From contig JBGATO010000003.1 of assembly GCA_044229145.1 (NCBI GenBank), forward strand, positions 34,358 through 98,357: 64,000 nt of DNA, in the 5' to 3' direction. Below are positions 47,211 through 57,027 of the stretch, one piece after another. The notes under the pieces are model-generated. The model had not been told where the DNA came from and searched no databases. It saw nothing but the letters and a program-made list of their open reading frames with translations. The stretch is from Candidatus Eiseniibacteriota bacterium. GTDB taxonomy: Bacteria; Eisenbacteria; RBG-16-71-46; CAZEPH01. The position numbers and the translations under genes are program-made. Position 1 is the first letter of the stretch, and each line of letters begins with the position of its first letter.

Positions 47211-48373
47211 ACCGTACCATCGTAAATCTCGCCGACGTGCCGGCCGCGCTGCAGGAGTTGCTCGGCGGCGGTCGCCTCGGGCCGGAGGAGATCGACAACT
47301 TCCTGGCGAGCCGCGCGATTCCGATCGTCGACGGCAACGCCTGCACGTTCATCTTCCGCGGCGACGCGGACGTCGTGCAACTGCGCCACTTCATCTTCGG
47401 GCTGCCCAGCACGCAGCCGTTTCACCGGCTGCCGCGCACCGATCTGTGGTACGCGACGCTCGACATCCCGCCGAAGTCGCGCATCGAGTACAAGATCGAA
47501 ATCATCCAGCACGGTCTGTCGCGGTGGATCGAAGATCCGCTCAATCCGTTCAAGGCGCGCGATCCGTTCGGCGCCAATTCCGTGGTGCACGGCGACGGAT
47601 ACGAAGTGCCGGAGTGGACGATGCTCGATCTCGACGCGCGCATCGGGACACTCGAAGAGGTCGACTGGTTCTCGCGTTCGCTCGGCCGCGAGTCGCACGT
47701 CACCGTGTATCTGCCGGCACGCTTCCGGCGCACGCGGCAGTATCCGCTGCTCGTGGTGCAGGACGGCGGCGACTACATGCAATACAGCGGCATGAAGACG
47801 GTGCTCGACAATCTGATTCATCGTCTCGAAATTCCCGAGATGATCGTCGCGCTCACGCATCCGGAAGATCGGCTGCGTGAATACGCCAACAATCCGGCGT
47901 ACGGCCGCTACGTAGTCGAGGAGATGCTGCCAAAGCTGGCGGCGCGCTATCCGTTGCAGGACGCGCCTGAGTCGCGCGGCATCATGGGCGCCAGCTTCGG
48001 CGCCGTGGCCTCGCTGTCCACGGCGGTGCTCTATCCCGAGACCTTCGGCCGTCTGCTGTTGCAATCCGGTTCGTTCGCCTTCACCGACATCGGCATCAGT
48101 CAGCGCGGGCCGGTGTTCGAGCCGGTGGTGCAGTTCATCAACGAGTTCCGCCGTGCGCCGGCCAAGGTGGCCGACCGCGTGTTCGTGTCGTGCGGCACCT
48201 ACGAGTCGCTCATCTACGAGAATCGCTCGTTCGTGCCCATCTTGCAGAAGACCGGAATGGATGTGCGCTACGTGGAAGCGCGCGACGGCCACAACTGGGA
48301 GAACTGGCGCGATCGTTTGCGCGAGGGGCTCTCGTGGCTGTTCCCCGGTCCGCTCTGGTTCGTCTACGAATAA
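47207..48373 (+). CDS. Fes-like alpha/beta-hydrolase esterase with N-terminal E-set/CBM48-like domain
   Basis: ATGA overlap; 'W......P...RIEYK...WIEDPLNP'; VYLPA, YPLLVVQDG, GASFG nucleophile, GHNWENW. Confidence 0.82.
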   Translation: MNRTIVNLADVPAALQELLGGGRLGPEEIDNFLASRAIPIVDGNACTFIFRGDADVVQLRHFIFGLPSTQPFHRLPRTDLWYATLDIPPKSRIEYKIEIIQHGLSRWIEDPLNPFKARDPFGANSVVHGDGYEVPEWTMLDLDARIGTLEEVDWFSRSLGRESHVTVYLPARFRRTRQYPLLVVQDGGDYMQYSGMKTVLDNLIHRLEIPEMIVALTHPEDRLREYANNPAYGRYVVEEMLPKLAARYPLQDAPESRGIMGASFGAVASLSTAVLYPETFGRLLLQSGSFAFTDIGISQRGPVFEPVVQFINEFRRAPAKVADRVFVSCGTYESLIYENRSFVPILQKTGMDVRYVEARDGHNWENWRDRLREGLSWLFPGPLWFVYE

Positions 48374-48385
48374 GGAGGTCCGTGC

Positions 48386-49639
48386 ATGGCCGTCGTCACC
48401 CGTCGCATCGGATTGTCGCTGGGCGCCGACATCTGCTGGCCGATCGCGTACGAGGAGATCGTCAAGCGGCTCGACCTGAACCTGCCGATGGGGCGCGACG
48501 TCGTCCGCTTCTCGGTGGATCGCGTCACCATCGAGCCGTTCGGCTTGCAGCAGCCGTGCAACTACGATCTCGTGATCGACCGGCTCACGCACTGGTATTC
48601 GCTGTCGCGCGAGTGGATCAAGAAGGCCGTGATCATGGACGGCCTCTACGTCTTCAACAATCCGTGGGCCGTGCAGTCGATGGAGAAGCACACCTCCTAT
48701 TGCGCGATGATGCACCTCGGATTTCCGATTCCCGAGACGTGGCTGATTCCGCCGAAGACGTACGAAGAGCTGCCGGACCTCGACGTCACGCTGCAGCAGT
48801 ACGCGCGCCTCTTCGACCTGCCGGCGATCGCCGATCACATCGGCTATCCGATGTTCATGAAGCCGTACGATGGCGGCGGCTGGAAGGGCGTGTCGCAGAT
48901 CGACACGGTGGAAAAGCTCAAGGCGGCATACGACGAGTCGGGCAAGATGGTGATGCACTTGCAGGCCGGTGTGTCGCCGTTCGACTTGTTCGTGCGCTGC
49001 ATCGGTGTCGGGCCGCAGACGCACGTGGTGCGCTACGATCCGTCCGCCGCGCTGCACAACCGCTACACGCTCGACAGCGGCTTCATGTCGGCAGCCGACG
49101 AGAAGACGCTCGCCGACATGACGCTGGTCATCAACGCGTTCTTCGGTTGGGACTTCAACTCGTGCGAGGCGCTGCGCAAGGACGGCGTGTTCCATCCGAT
49201 CGACTTCGCGAATCCGTGTCCGGACTCGCAAGTGACGTCGCTGCACGCGCACTGGCCGTGGCTGGTGAAGGCAAAGCTCCGCTGGTCGCTGTTCTGCGCC
49301 GCCACCAAGCGGCCGTTCCGCCTCAATCCGGACTGGACGCCGTTCTACAAGATCGCCAAGAAGGGCTTGCCGTTCGAGGAGGCACTGCCGGAGTACGCGG
49401 CGATCGCCCGCGAGCGCTTCAGCGTCGACAAGTTCGAGACCTTCTGCGAGAAGCACCTGCCGCACCTCGACGAAGTGGCGCACGAGTTCTTCGGCTCGCC
49501 GCGTTGTCACGAGGCGGTGGAGAAGAAGGTCGCGGCGCTGTTCCCGGCGCACGAAGTCGAAGAGTTCACCGAGCTGTTCTGGAACCGCATTCAAGCGTGG
49601 CGCGCGGCGGATGCCGCGTCGCGTGCCGCCGGCGCGTAG
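48386..49639 (+). CDS. ATP-grasp ligase, RimK/glutathione-synthetase-like (paralog D, divergent)
   Basis: TAAGGAGG RBS; VIDRLTHW, VFNNP, PIPETWLIPPK, GYPMFMKPYDGGGW, IDFANPCPD. Confidence 0.8.
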   Translation: MAVVTRRIGLSLGADICWPIAYEEIVKRLDLNLPMGRDVVRFSVDRVTIEPFGLQQPCNYDLVIDRLTHWYSLSREWIKKAVIMDGLYVFNNPWAVQSMEKHTSYCAMMHLGFPIPETWLIPPKTYEELPDLDVTLQQYARLFDLPAIADHIGYPMFMKPYDGGGWKGVSQIDTVEKLKAAYDESGKMVMHLQAGVSPFDLFVRCIGVGPQTHVVRYDPSAALHNRYTLDSGFMSAADEKTLADMTLVINAFFGWDFNSCEALRKDGVFHPIDFANPCPDSQVTSLHAHWPWLVKAKLRWSLFCAATKRPFRLNPDWTPFYKIAKKGLPFEEALPEYAAIARERFSVDKFETFCEKHLPHLDEVAHEFFGSPRCHEAVEKKVAALFPAHEVEEFTELFWNRIQAWRAADAASRAAGA

Positions 49640-49673
49640 CCCACCCCCTCACGGAGAGCGAAAAGGAGTCCGC

Positions 49674-50429
49674 GTGAAGACGAACACCTCCTGGTTTTCC
49701 CATCGCCTGGGACAGGACATCAACGTGGTGCGCTGGGGCACCTTCGGCCAGCCGGTGCTGGTGTTTCCCACCGCCGGCGGCGACTGCGAAGAGATCGAGC
49801 GCTTCCACATGCTGAAGGTGCTCGACGAACTGGTGCAGGCCGGACGCATCAAGGTGTACTCGTGCGACAGCGCGGGCGGCCAGGCGCTCATCGACTCGGA
49901 TTCCTCGGACGCCTACCGCGCCCACATGACCAACATGTTCCAGGAATTCGTCTATCACGAGTTGGTGCCGGCAATTCGCGCCGACTGCGACTCCGCCGAC
50001 ATCGACGTGATCGCGGCCGGCGCTTCGATCGGCGCCTTCAACGCGCTCGCCGTGGTGTGCCGCTACCCTGAGGCGTTCAAGGGGGCGATCTGCATGAGCG
50101 GCACCTACAAGATGGAGCGCTTCTACGAGCGCCAGCCACCGCAGGAGTTCTACGAGTCGTCGCCGTTGCATTTCGTGCCGCATCTGCGTGGCGAACAACT
50201 CGAGAAGTTGCGCACGCGTTTCGTGTTGCTGCCCAGCGGCGAGGGCCGCGCGGAAGCGATCGGCGAGTCGTTCCTGGTCGCGCACACGCTCGGCTCGATG
50301 GGCGTGCCGAACCGCGTGGTGTCGTGGGGCGCCGACTGGCATCACGACTGGCCGACCTGGCGTGAGATGTTGCCGCAGTACCTCGACGAGATGACGAAGC
50401 CGGCCGAGGAGACGAAGAAGACGCCATGA
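49674..50429 (+). CDS. Alpha/beta-hydrolase 'putative esterase'
   Basis: AAGGAG before GTG; 'WG..GQPVLVFPTAGG', GASIGA nucleophile, MSGTY, HHDWPTWR. Confidence 0.82.
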   Translation: MKTNTSWFSHRLGQDINVVRWGTFGQPVLVFPTAGGDCEEIERFHMLKVLDELVQAGRIKVYSCDSAGGQALIDSDSSDAYRAHMTNMFQEFVYHELVPAIRADCDSADIDVIAAGASIGAFNALAVVCRYPEAFKGAICMSGTYKMERFYERQPPQEFYESSPLHFVPHLRGEQLEKLRTRFVLLPSGEGRAEAIGESFLVAHTLGSMGVPNRVVSWGADWHHDWPTWREMLPQYLDEMTKPAEETKKTP

Positions 50430-50462
50430 TCCGCGGCGGCGAGGCGGTTGTGGCGGCGACGT

Positions 50463-50491
50463 GCGCGGCACCCCGAGCGGTGCCGCGCTTT
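50463..50491 (+). terminator. Intrinsic terminator after the ATP-grasp/esterase operon
   Basis: gcgcggcacc-ccgagc-ggtgccgcgc 10-bp stem followed by TTT(cgcattt). Confidence 0.55.
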
Positions 50492-50541
50492 CGCATTTCC
50501 GCGTGTCGCGTCCACGTGGCGGACACGGGCGGAGGAAGAGC

Positions 50542-51741
50542 ATGAAGCGGACCCTGGCGATGGCGGGCATCGTGTGCCTGGTGGCACGCACGGCATGTGC
50601 TGATGACGCGTCGCGGCTCGCCGCGCTCGAGGCGCGCGTCGATTCGCTGGCGCGCGACAACGCGGCATTGCACCGCGCGCTGGCGGGGGACGGCCGCGCC
50701 GGCCAAGTCGTGGTGCGGCCGGCAGGCCGCGAGCCGGTGATGACGCTCGGCGGCTTGCTGCAATCGCAAGCCGAGTGGGGCGACCGCGGCGACACGCGCT
50801 GGAGCACCGGCAACGATCGCGTGTTGGTGCGGCGCGCGCGGGTCACCGTGGGCGCACGCTACATGGAGGAGTTCGACGTCCGCCTCGAACTCGATCTCGC
50901 CGGCAGCCTCGCCGCGGCCAGCGGCCTGCGCGCGCAGATGACCGATGGCTACGCGCAGTGGACGCGGTTTCCCGCGTGCGTCGTGCGCGCCGGGCAGTTC
51001 AAGACGCCGTTCGGATTCGAGCAGCTGTATCCCGACGCGCGCCTGCCGTTGATCGAGCGCACGATGGTCTCGGATCGTCTCGCGCTCGGCCGGCAGCCTG
51101 GCGTCCAGGTGAGTGGCGACGTGGCGGAGAAGCGCGTGTCGTACGCCGTCGGCGCCTTCAACGGCACCGGCGCCAACACGTCGGCCAACGATGGCGACGA
51201 CTTCGCCGGCGTCGGCCGCGTGAGCGTCACGCCGTGGCGGCGCGAGTCGGGCGCGCGCAGCTGGACGCTTGGCGCGAACGCCGCGTCGTCGCACGATGCC
51301 GCGGTGTCGCTCGCCTCCGATTTCGGGTTCGATGCGACGCCGGGCACCGCTGCCAAGGACGATGTGTTCGCCGGCAGCCGCCAGGCGTTCGGCGGCGACA
51401 CGCAACTCGCGGCGGGGCACCTCGAGGTGTGGGCGGAGTACCTGCGGACGCGGTTCGCGGTGCGCGACGCGGTGCCGCGCGCCCGCGTGGTGTCCGAGGG
51501 CTGGTACGCGCAAGGCTGCTACACGTGGGCGGCGGACCGCCTGCAGACGGTCGCGCGCTACGAATCGTTCGACCCCGACACCGCGGCGTCGCGCGATCGC
51601 ACGCGGACGTGGACCGCGGGTGCCGCGTGGCTGTTCAAGGGCCACGACGTCAAGGTGTTGGCGAACTACGTCGCCGTGTCCTCGCCGGTGGCGAGCGGGT
51701 GGCAGCACAAGGTGCTCGCCCGGTTGCAGACCGCGCTGTGA
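50542..51741 (+). CDS. OprO/OprP-like anion-selective porin
   Basis: GGAGG RBS; signal peptide plus short coiled coil; 'RRARV...G', 'GQFKTPFGFE', 'YAVGAFNG', amphipathic beta-strands, C-terminal 'ARLQTAL'. Confidence 0.78.
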   Translation: MKRTLAMAGIVCLVARTACADDASRLAALEARVDSLARDNAALHRALAGDGRAGQVVVRPAGREPVMTLGGLLQSQAEWGDRGDTRWSTGNDRVLVRRARVTVGARYMEEFDVRLELDLAGSLAAASGLRAQMTDGYAQWTRFPACVVRAGQFKTPFGFEQLYPDARLPLIERTMVSDRLALGRQPGVQVSGDVAEKRVSYAVGAFNGTGANTSANDGDDFAGVGRVSVTPWRRESGARSWTLGANAASSHDAAVSLASDFGFDATPGTAAKDDVFAGSRQAFGGDTQLAAGHLEVWAEYLRTRFAVRDAVPRARVVSEGWYAQGCYTWAADRLQTVARYESFDPDTAASRDRTRTWTAGAAWLFKGHDVKVLANYVAVSSPVASGWQHKVLARLQTAL

Positions 51742-52511
51742 TGCGGGCGTCGGCGATGTGTCGCCTAGTCGTCGTATTGCTCGCCGTGCTGATCGGCGTT
51801 GCGCCAGCACGCGCGACCGAGCTGACGGTTTTCGCCGCCGCCAGCCTGACCGACGCGATGAAGGCGATCGGCGCCGCGTACGAGAAGCAGACGGGCGTGC
51901 GCGTGGCGTGCAACTTCGGCGCGTCGAGTTTGCTCGCGCGGCAGATTCAAGAAGGCGCGCCGGCCGACATCTTCTTCTCCGCCGACGAGGCGAAGATGAA
52001 TCAACTCGCCGCGCGTCGCCTCATCCTGGCCGACACGCGCCGCAGTCTGCTCGCCAACACGCTCGTCGTGGTGGTGCCGGCGGATGCCCCGCGCACCTTC
52101 CGGTCGATCGCCGATCTTGCCGCGCCGTCGTATCGCGCCATCGCGATCGCCGATCCGCTCACGGTGCCGGCGGGGATTTACGCGAAGCAATACCTGCGGT
52201 CGGCGCGTGTGTGGAGCCGCGTCGTCGGCCGGCTGATTCCCACCGACAACGTGCGGGCGACGCTGAGCGCCGTGGAGTGGGGGAATGTCGACGCGGGGAT
52301 CGTCTACAAGACAGATGCGTTGATCTCCAAGAAGGTCGCGGTCGCCTTCGAAGTGCCGCGCGCCGATGGCCCGCGCATCACCTACTCGGTCGCGGTGCTC
52401 GTGGGTGGCGCCCACACCGCTGCGGCCCGTGCCTTCGTGCAGTACCTCGCGGGCACCGAGGCGTCTGCCGTTTTCCGCCGGTTCGGCTTTCTCGTCGAGA
52501 CCACGCGCTAG
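51741..52511 (+). CDS. modA: Molybdate ABC transporter substrate-binding protein
   Basis: TGATG coupling; VFAAASL, FGASSLLARQI..GAPADIFFSAD, VPAGIYA, DNVR, DAGIVYKTDA. Confidence 0.92.
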   Translation: MRASAMCRLVVVLLAVLIGVAPARATELTVFAAASLTDAMKAIGAAYEKQTGVRVACNFGASSLLARQIQEGAPADIFFSADEAKMNQLAARRLILADTRRSLLANTLVVVVPADAPRTFRSIADLAAPSYRAIAIADPLTVPAGIYAKQYLRSARVWSRVVGRLIPTDNVRATLSAVEWGNVDAGIVYKTDALISKKVAVAFEVPRADGPRITYSVAVLVGGAHTAAARAFVQYLAGTEASAVFRRFGFLVETTR

Positions 52512-52640
52512 CTGCGTTGCGCGAAATGCCCCAGATCTGACCGGGCCGCACGCGCCTGCCACCATCGTCGCCACGTTCGAGCGCTATGCTCGTCCTTCGA
52601 TCGTTGCCGTCGTTCCACGCCCGACTTCGGAGGCTCCCCC

Positions 52641-54221
52641 ATGCGCCCCCTGTTTCCCGTCGTCGCCCTCGGACTCGCGGGAGTCCTCGGCGCCACCGCG
52701 CACGCAGCCGTGCTGCCCATCGCGTCGATCAAGGTCAACGACGCGAATGGCATCGCCGTCATCGACCACTCGTTCGTGACGATCTCCGGCACGGTGACGT
52801 GCCCCGACTCCGTGCTGAGCACGAGCGGCTTGACGCACATCTTCGTGCAGGACGCGACGGCGGGAATCGGCGTGTTGTGCCGCGACGGCATGCGGCGTTT
52901 CCACTTCGCTGCCGGCGACAGTGTCACCATCATGGGGCGTGTAGGCCAGGCGACCGGCACCACAGTGCTCGACAGCATCGTCACCGCGCTCACCGTCACG
53001 CACGGCGTCGCGCACACGCCGCAACCGGCGACGCGCACAGTGGCCCAGATCGTCAACGCCTGGGACGCGACGACGCGCACGGAACCCGATGAGTCGCGGC
53101 TCGTGCGGCTCGCGCACCTCCACCTTCTCGCGGGCACGTGGCCGACGGCGCGCCTCGCGCTTCCCGACACGCTGCTGATCGGCGACGACACCGGCGCGGT
53201 GCATCTGCTCATCGACCGCGATTCGCCGCTCAACGGCTCGCCGCAGCCGCCGGACCCGTTCAGCGTTACCGCCCTCGTCACGCAAGGCGATATCAGTGTG
53301 CCGCTCACCGCGGACTACGTGCTGATCCCGCGCGTGGTCTCGGACATCGGCGCCGGCAACCTCGCGCCGGCCGTGCAGTCGCTCGCCGACGTGTCGCTCG
53401 ACGAAGCCTCCACCCTCGTCGTCACGCCGTCCGCGAGCGACGGCGACGGCGATGCGCTGACGTGGAGCGGCGCGTCACTGCCGGTGGGCGCGTGGGTCGA
53501 CCCAGCCACCGGCGTGCTCACCTGGGAGACCGCCTACGCCGACGCGGGCACCTATCCCGGCGTCACCCTCACCGCGACCGATGCGTACGGCGGCAGCGCG
53601 TCCGCGTCGTTCACCATCACCGTCGCCAACGTGAATCGTCCGCCCGCGGTAAGCGCGATTCCCGATCATCTCGCCTTGCCCGGCGCGCAACTCACCATCG
53701 AACCGCAGGGGAGCGACGCGGATGGCGACGTGCTCACGTGGACCGGCGCCCACCTGCCGGACGGCGCCGCGCTCGACGCCGCGACCGGCGTTCTCACGTG
53801 GACGCCCGACGCCGCGCAGTTCGGTCCGCATCCCGGCATCACCCTGACCGCGACAGATCCGGCGGGCGCCAGCGCATCGGCAAGCTTCGGCCTCACGGTG
53901 GTCGGTCAGACGAGCGTGGACGACATCGTGCCGCTCGTGCCGGAGGCGTTCGCGCTCGAGGGCATCGCCCCGAACCCGGCGCGCGGCACGATCGCGTGTC
54001 GCGTGGCGGCGCCGCGCGCGATGCGTGTGCAGGGCGATATCGTCGATGCGCGGGGCCGGGTGGTGCGTCAACTCGCCTCACGCGATCTGCCGGCCGGGAT
54101 CACCACCGTGTCGGTGGCGCTGCGCGACGCGCAAGGCCGCGCGCTCGCGCCGGGACGCTACCTGCTGCGTCTGCGGGACGGGCAGCGCACGGTGGCGCGG
54201 CCCGTCACCGTGGTGCGCTAG
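52641..54221 (+). CDS. Secreted protein: OB-fold-like N-terminal domains, 2 putative-Ig domains and a FlgD/T9SS-CTD-like tail
   Basis: GGAGG RBS; signal peptide ending in AHA; 'ISGTVT...FVQDATAGI...GDSVTI.G'; Ig repeats similar to those of the 1258 gene; 'APNPARG...DARGRVVRQL...GRALAPGRYLLRL'. Confidence 0.75.
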   Translation: MRPLFPVVALGLAGVLGATAHAAVLPIASIKVNDANGIAVIDHSFVTISGTVTCPDSVLSTSGLTHIFVQDATAGIGVLCRDGMRRFHFAAGDSVTIMGRVGQATGTTVLDSIVTALTVTHGVAHTPQPATRTVAQIVNAWDATTRTEPDESRLVRLAHLHLLAGTWPTARLALPDTLLIGDDTGAVHLLIDRDSPLNGSPQPPDPFSVTALVTQGDISVPLTADYVLIPRVVSDIGAGNLAPAVQSLADVSLDEASTLVVTPSASDGDGDALTWSGASLPVGAWVDPATGVLTWETAYADAGTYPGVTLTATDAYGGSASASFTITVANVNRPPAVSAIPDHLALPGAQLTIEPQGSDADGDVLTWTGAHLPDGAALDAATGVLTWTPDAAQFGPHPGITLTATDPAGASASASFGLTVVGQTSVDDIVPLVPEAFALEGIAPNPARGTIACRVAAPRAMRVQGDIVDARGRVVRQLASRDLPAGITTVSVALRDAQGRALAPGRYLLRLRDGQRTVARPVTVVR

Positions 54222-54222
54222 G

Positions 54223-54786
54223 CTAGGCGCCGCCGAAGAACGCGCGCAATGCCGCGCTCCGCGCCATCACCGGTTCGACGATCGCCGCCGCGTCGCCTGG
54301 CTGCAACAAGGCGAACGCCAGCGCGAAGAGCGCCAGCGTCTCCTCGCGGCTCTCCGATTCGACCTGCGGGGCGTCGAGCGCCGGCGCCGCCTTCACGGCC
54401 GCCGCGAATGCCGTCGCGTCGAGGAACGTGCGATCGTCCACCGTCTTCTCCGACGGCTGGACGATCGTCGCGTAGACGCCGTCGCTCTCCACCGAACGTT
54501 CGCGCATCGCGTTGTACAACGCGTCATGGAATGACGGACGCTGCCGCTCGATGTGCGTGCCGGTGCGCTCGCGCCGCGCCGCCGGGTTGTCGAGCGCGCG
54601 CCGCAGCCGCGTCGCCGGCAATCCGGTGAACGATTTGATATCGAGCGAGTAGAGCACCAGCTTCGGACGCAGATCCATGCTGCGGTACGCTACCGTCACG
54701 TGGTCGGCGGTGACGCCCGGCGGCAGCGGACCGTTGGGATCGAAGGGCGCGTATTGCAAGTGCGGGGCAGTCGACTGAGCGGACAT
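54223..54786 (-). CDS. Hypothetical protein (187 aa)
   Basis: AGGAG RBS; protein-like composition; no motif recognised. Confidence 0.6.
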   Translation of the reverse strand: MSAQSTAPHLQYAPFDPNGPLPPGVTADHVTVAYRSMDLRPKLVLYSLDIKSFTGLPATRLRRALDNPAARRERTGTHIERQRPSFHDALYNAMRERSVESDGVYATIVQPSEKTVDDRTFLDATAFAAAVKAAPALDAPQVESESREETLALFALAFALLQPGDAAAIVEPVMARSAALRAFFGGA

Positions 54787-54821
54787 CGGTCACTCCTGAT
54801 CGGCGGATTCACGAACGGCCA

Positions 54822-54850
54822 AAGGTAGCCGGGCGGCGGCCGTTCGTCTA
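54822..54850 (-). promoter_or_regulatory. sigma70-type promoter for the 54786 gene
   Basis: Minus strand TAGACG-N17-TACCTT. Confidence 0.45.
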
Positions 54851-54895
54851 GGCGTCTCGCGGGGCCGCTGCTCCCACCGGCGTAGCCCACGGGCT

Positions 54896-54924
54896 TTGAC
54901 CGCGCGGTGTCCGGCGCGTAGGCT
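54896..54924 (+). promoter_or_regulatory. sigma70-type promoter for the 54991 gene
   Basis: TTGACC-N17-TAGGCT. Confidence 0.6.
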
Positions 54925-54990
54925 TGAGGCATCGCGGCGCCCGCGTCGTCGAGCGCGCCGCGCGTCATCCGCCGCCGGAGGACGATCGCC

Positions 54991-55290
54991 ATGGCGCACC
55001 ACGCCCCCGAGGAATTCCGCTTCAGCCTCACCGTCCGCACGGACGATCTCGCTCTCGTGCACTGCCTGCGCGCGCTCTGCCACTACTGCGAGGCGAGCAG
55101 CCACAAGGCCGCCGGTACGGCCGGCGCCAAGCAGTCGGATTGGGACGACGGTGGCCATCGCGTGGTGTTCCGCTTCAGCACGCACGGCTGCCGCACCATG
55201 TTCCACGAGCAGCTCGAACGGCTGTTCCCGCGCGACCTGTGGAAGATCGTCGCGCAGAACGATCACGATCCGGCGCCGGCGGGGAAGTAA
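54991..55290 (+). CDS. Hypothetical small protein (99 aa), possible ACT/ferredoxin-like fold
   Basis: GGAGG RBS and its own promoter; beta-alpha-beta-alpha-beta pattern; fold is inference. Confidence 0.65.
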   Translation: MAHHAPEEFRFSLTVRTDDLALVHCLRALCHYCEASSHKAAGTAGAKQSDWDDGGHRVVFRFSTHGCRTMFHEQLERLFPRDLWKIVAQNDHDPAPAGK

Positions 55291-55345
55291 GCGACACGGG
55301 CGCCCGGCTGCCGAACCGGACGCCCGCGGAGGTATCGCAACTCGC

Positions 55346-55593
55346 TTACGACGGTAGTGCAGTTGCCGGAAGTTCCTCCAGCTCGCGCAAGACGCGCGCG
55401 CACTGCGCACAGTTGCCATCCGGCCTGGCACACGGCACACCATCCGCCTGTGACTGCGTGCAGTGAGGATCGTGCAGCATGCCGCACAGCCCTGTGAGCA
55501 TGCTCCACACCCGGCGCTTCAACTCGCCCTCTGGCAGCGCCCGAAGAGCGGCTAGGAGGTTCCGCTCATCTTCCGTGATCAGCACGTCCATGC

Positions 55594-55597
<4 letters not shown>
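55346..55597 (-). CDS. Small Cys-rich hypothetical protein (83 aa) coupled to the oxidoreductase operon
   Basis: ATGA overlap with the 55594 gene stop; 'DPHC.QSQADGVPC....GNCAQC'. Confidence 0.65.

Positions 55598-57023
<1,426 letters not shown>

Positions 57024-57027
<4 letters not shown>

Noticed and set aside
45019..50429. Graspetide/RiPP biosynthetic cluster
   Set aside because: No short precursor ORF with repeated core motifs and no exporter; the ligases do not look like microviridin-type enzymes.
50430..50541. Moco riboswitch or ModE box before porin-modA
   Set aside because: I could not find the Moco RNA conserved elements or a TATAT-N7-TAYAT ModE box; needs an Infernal scan.
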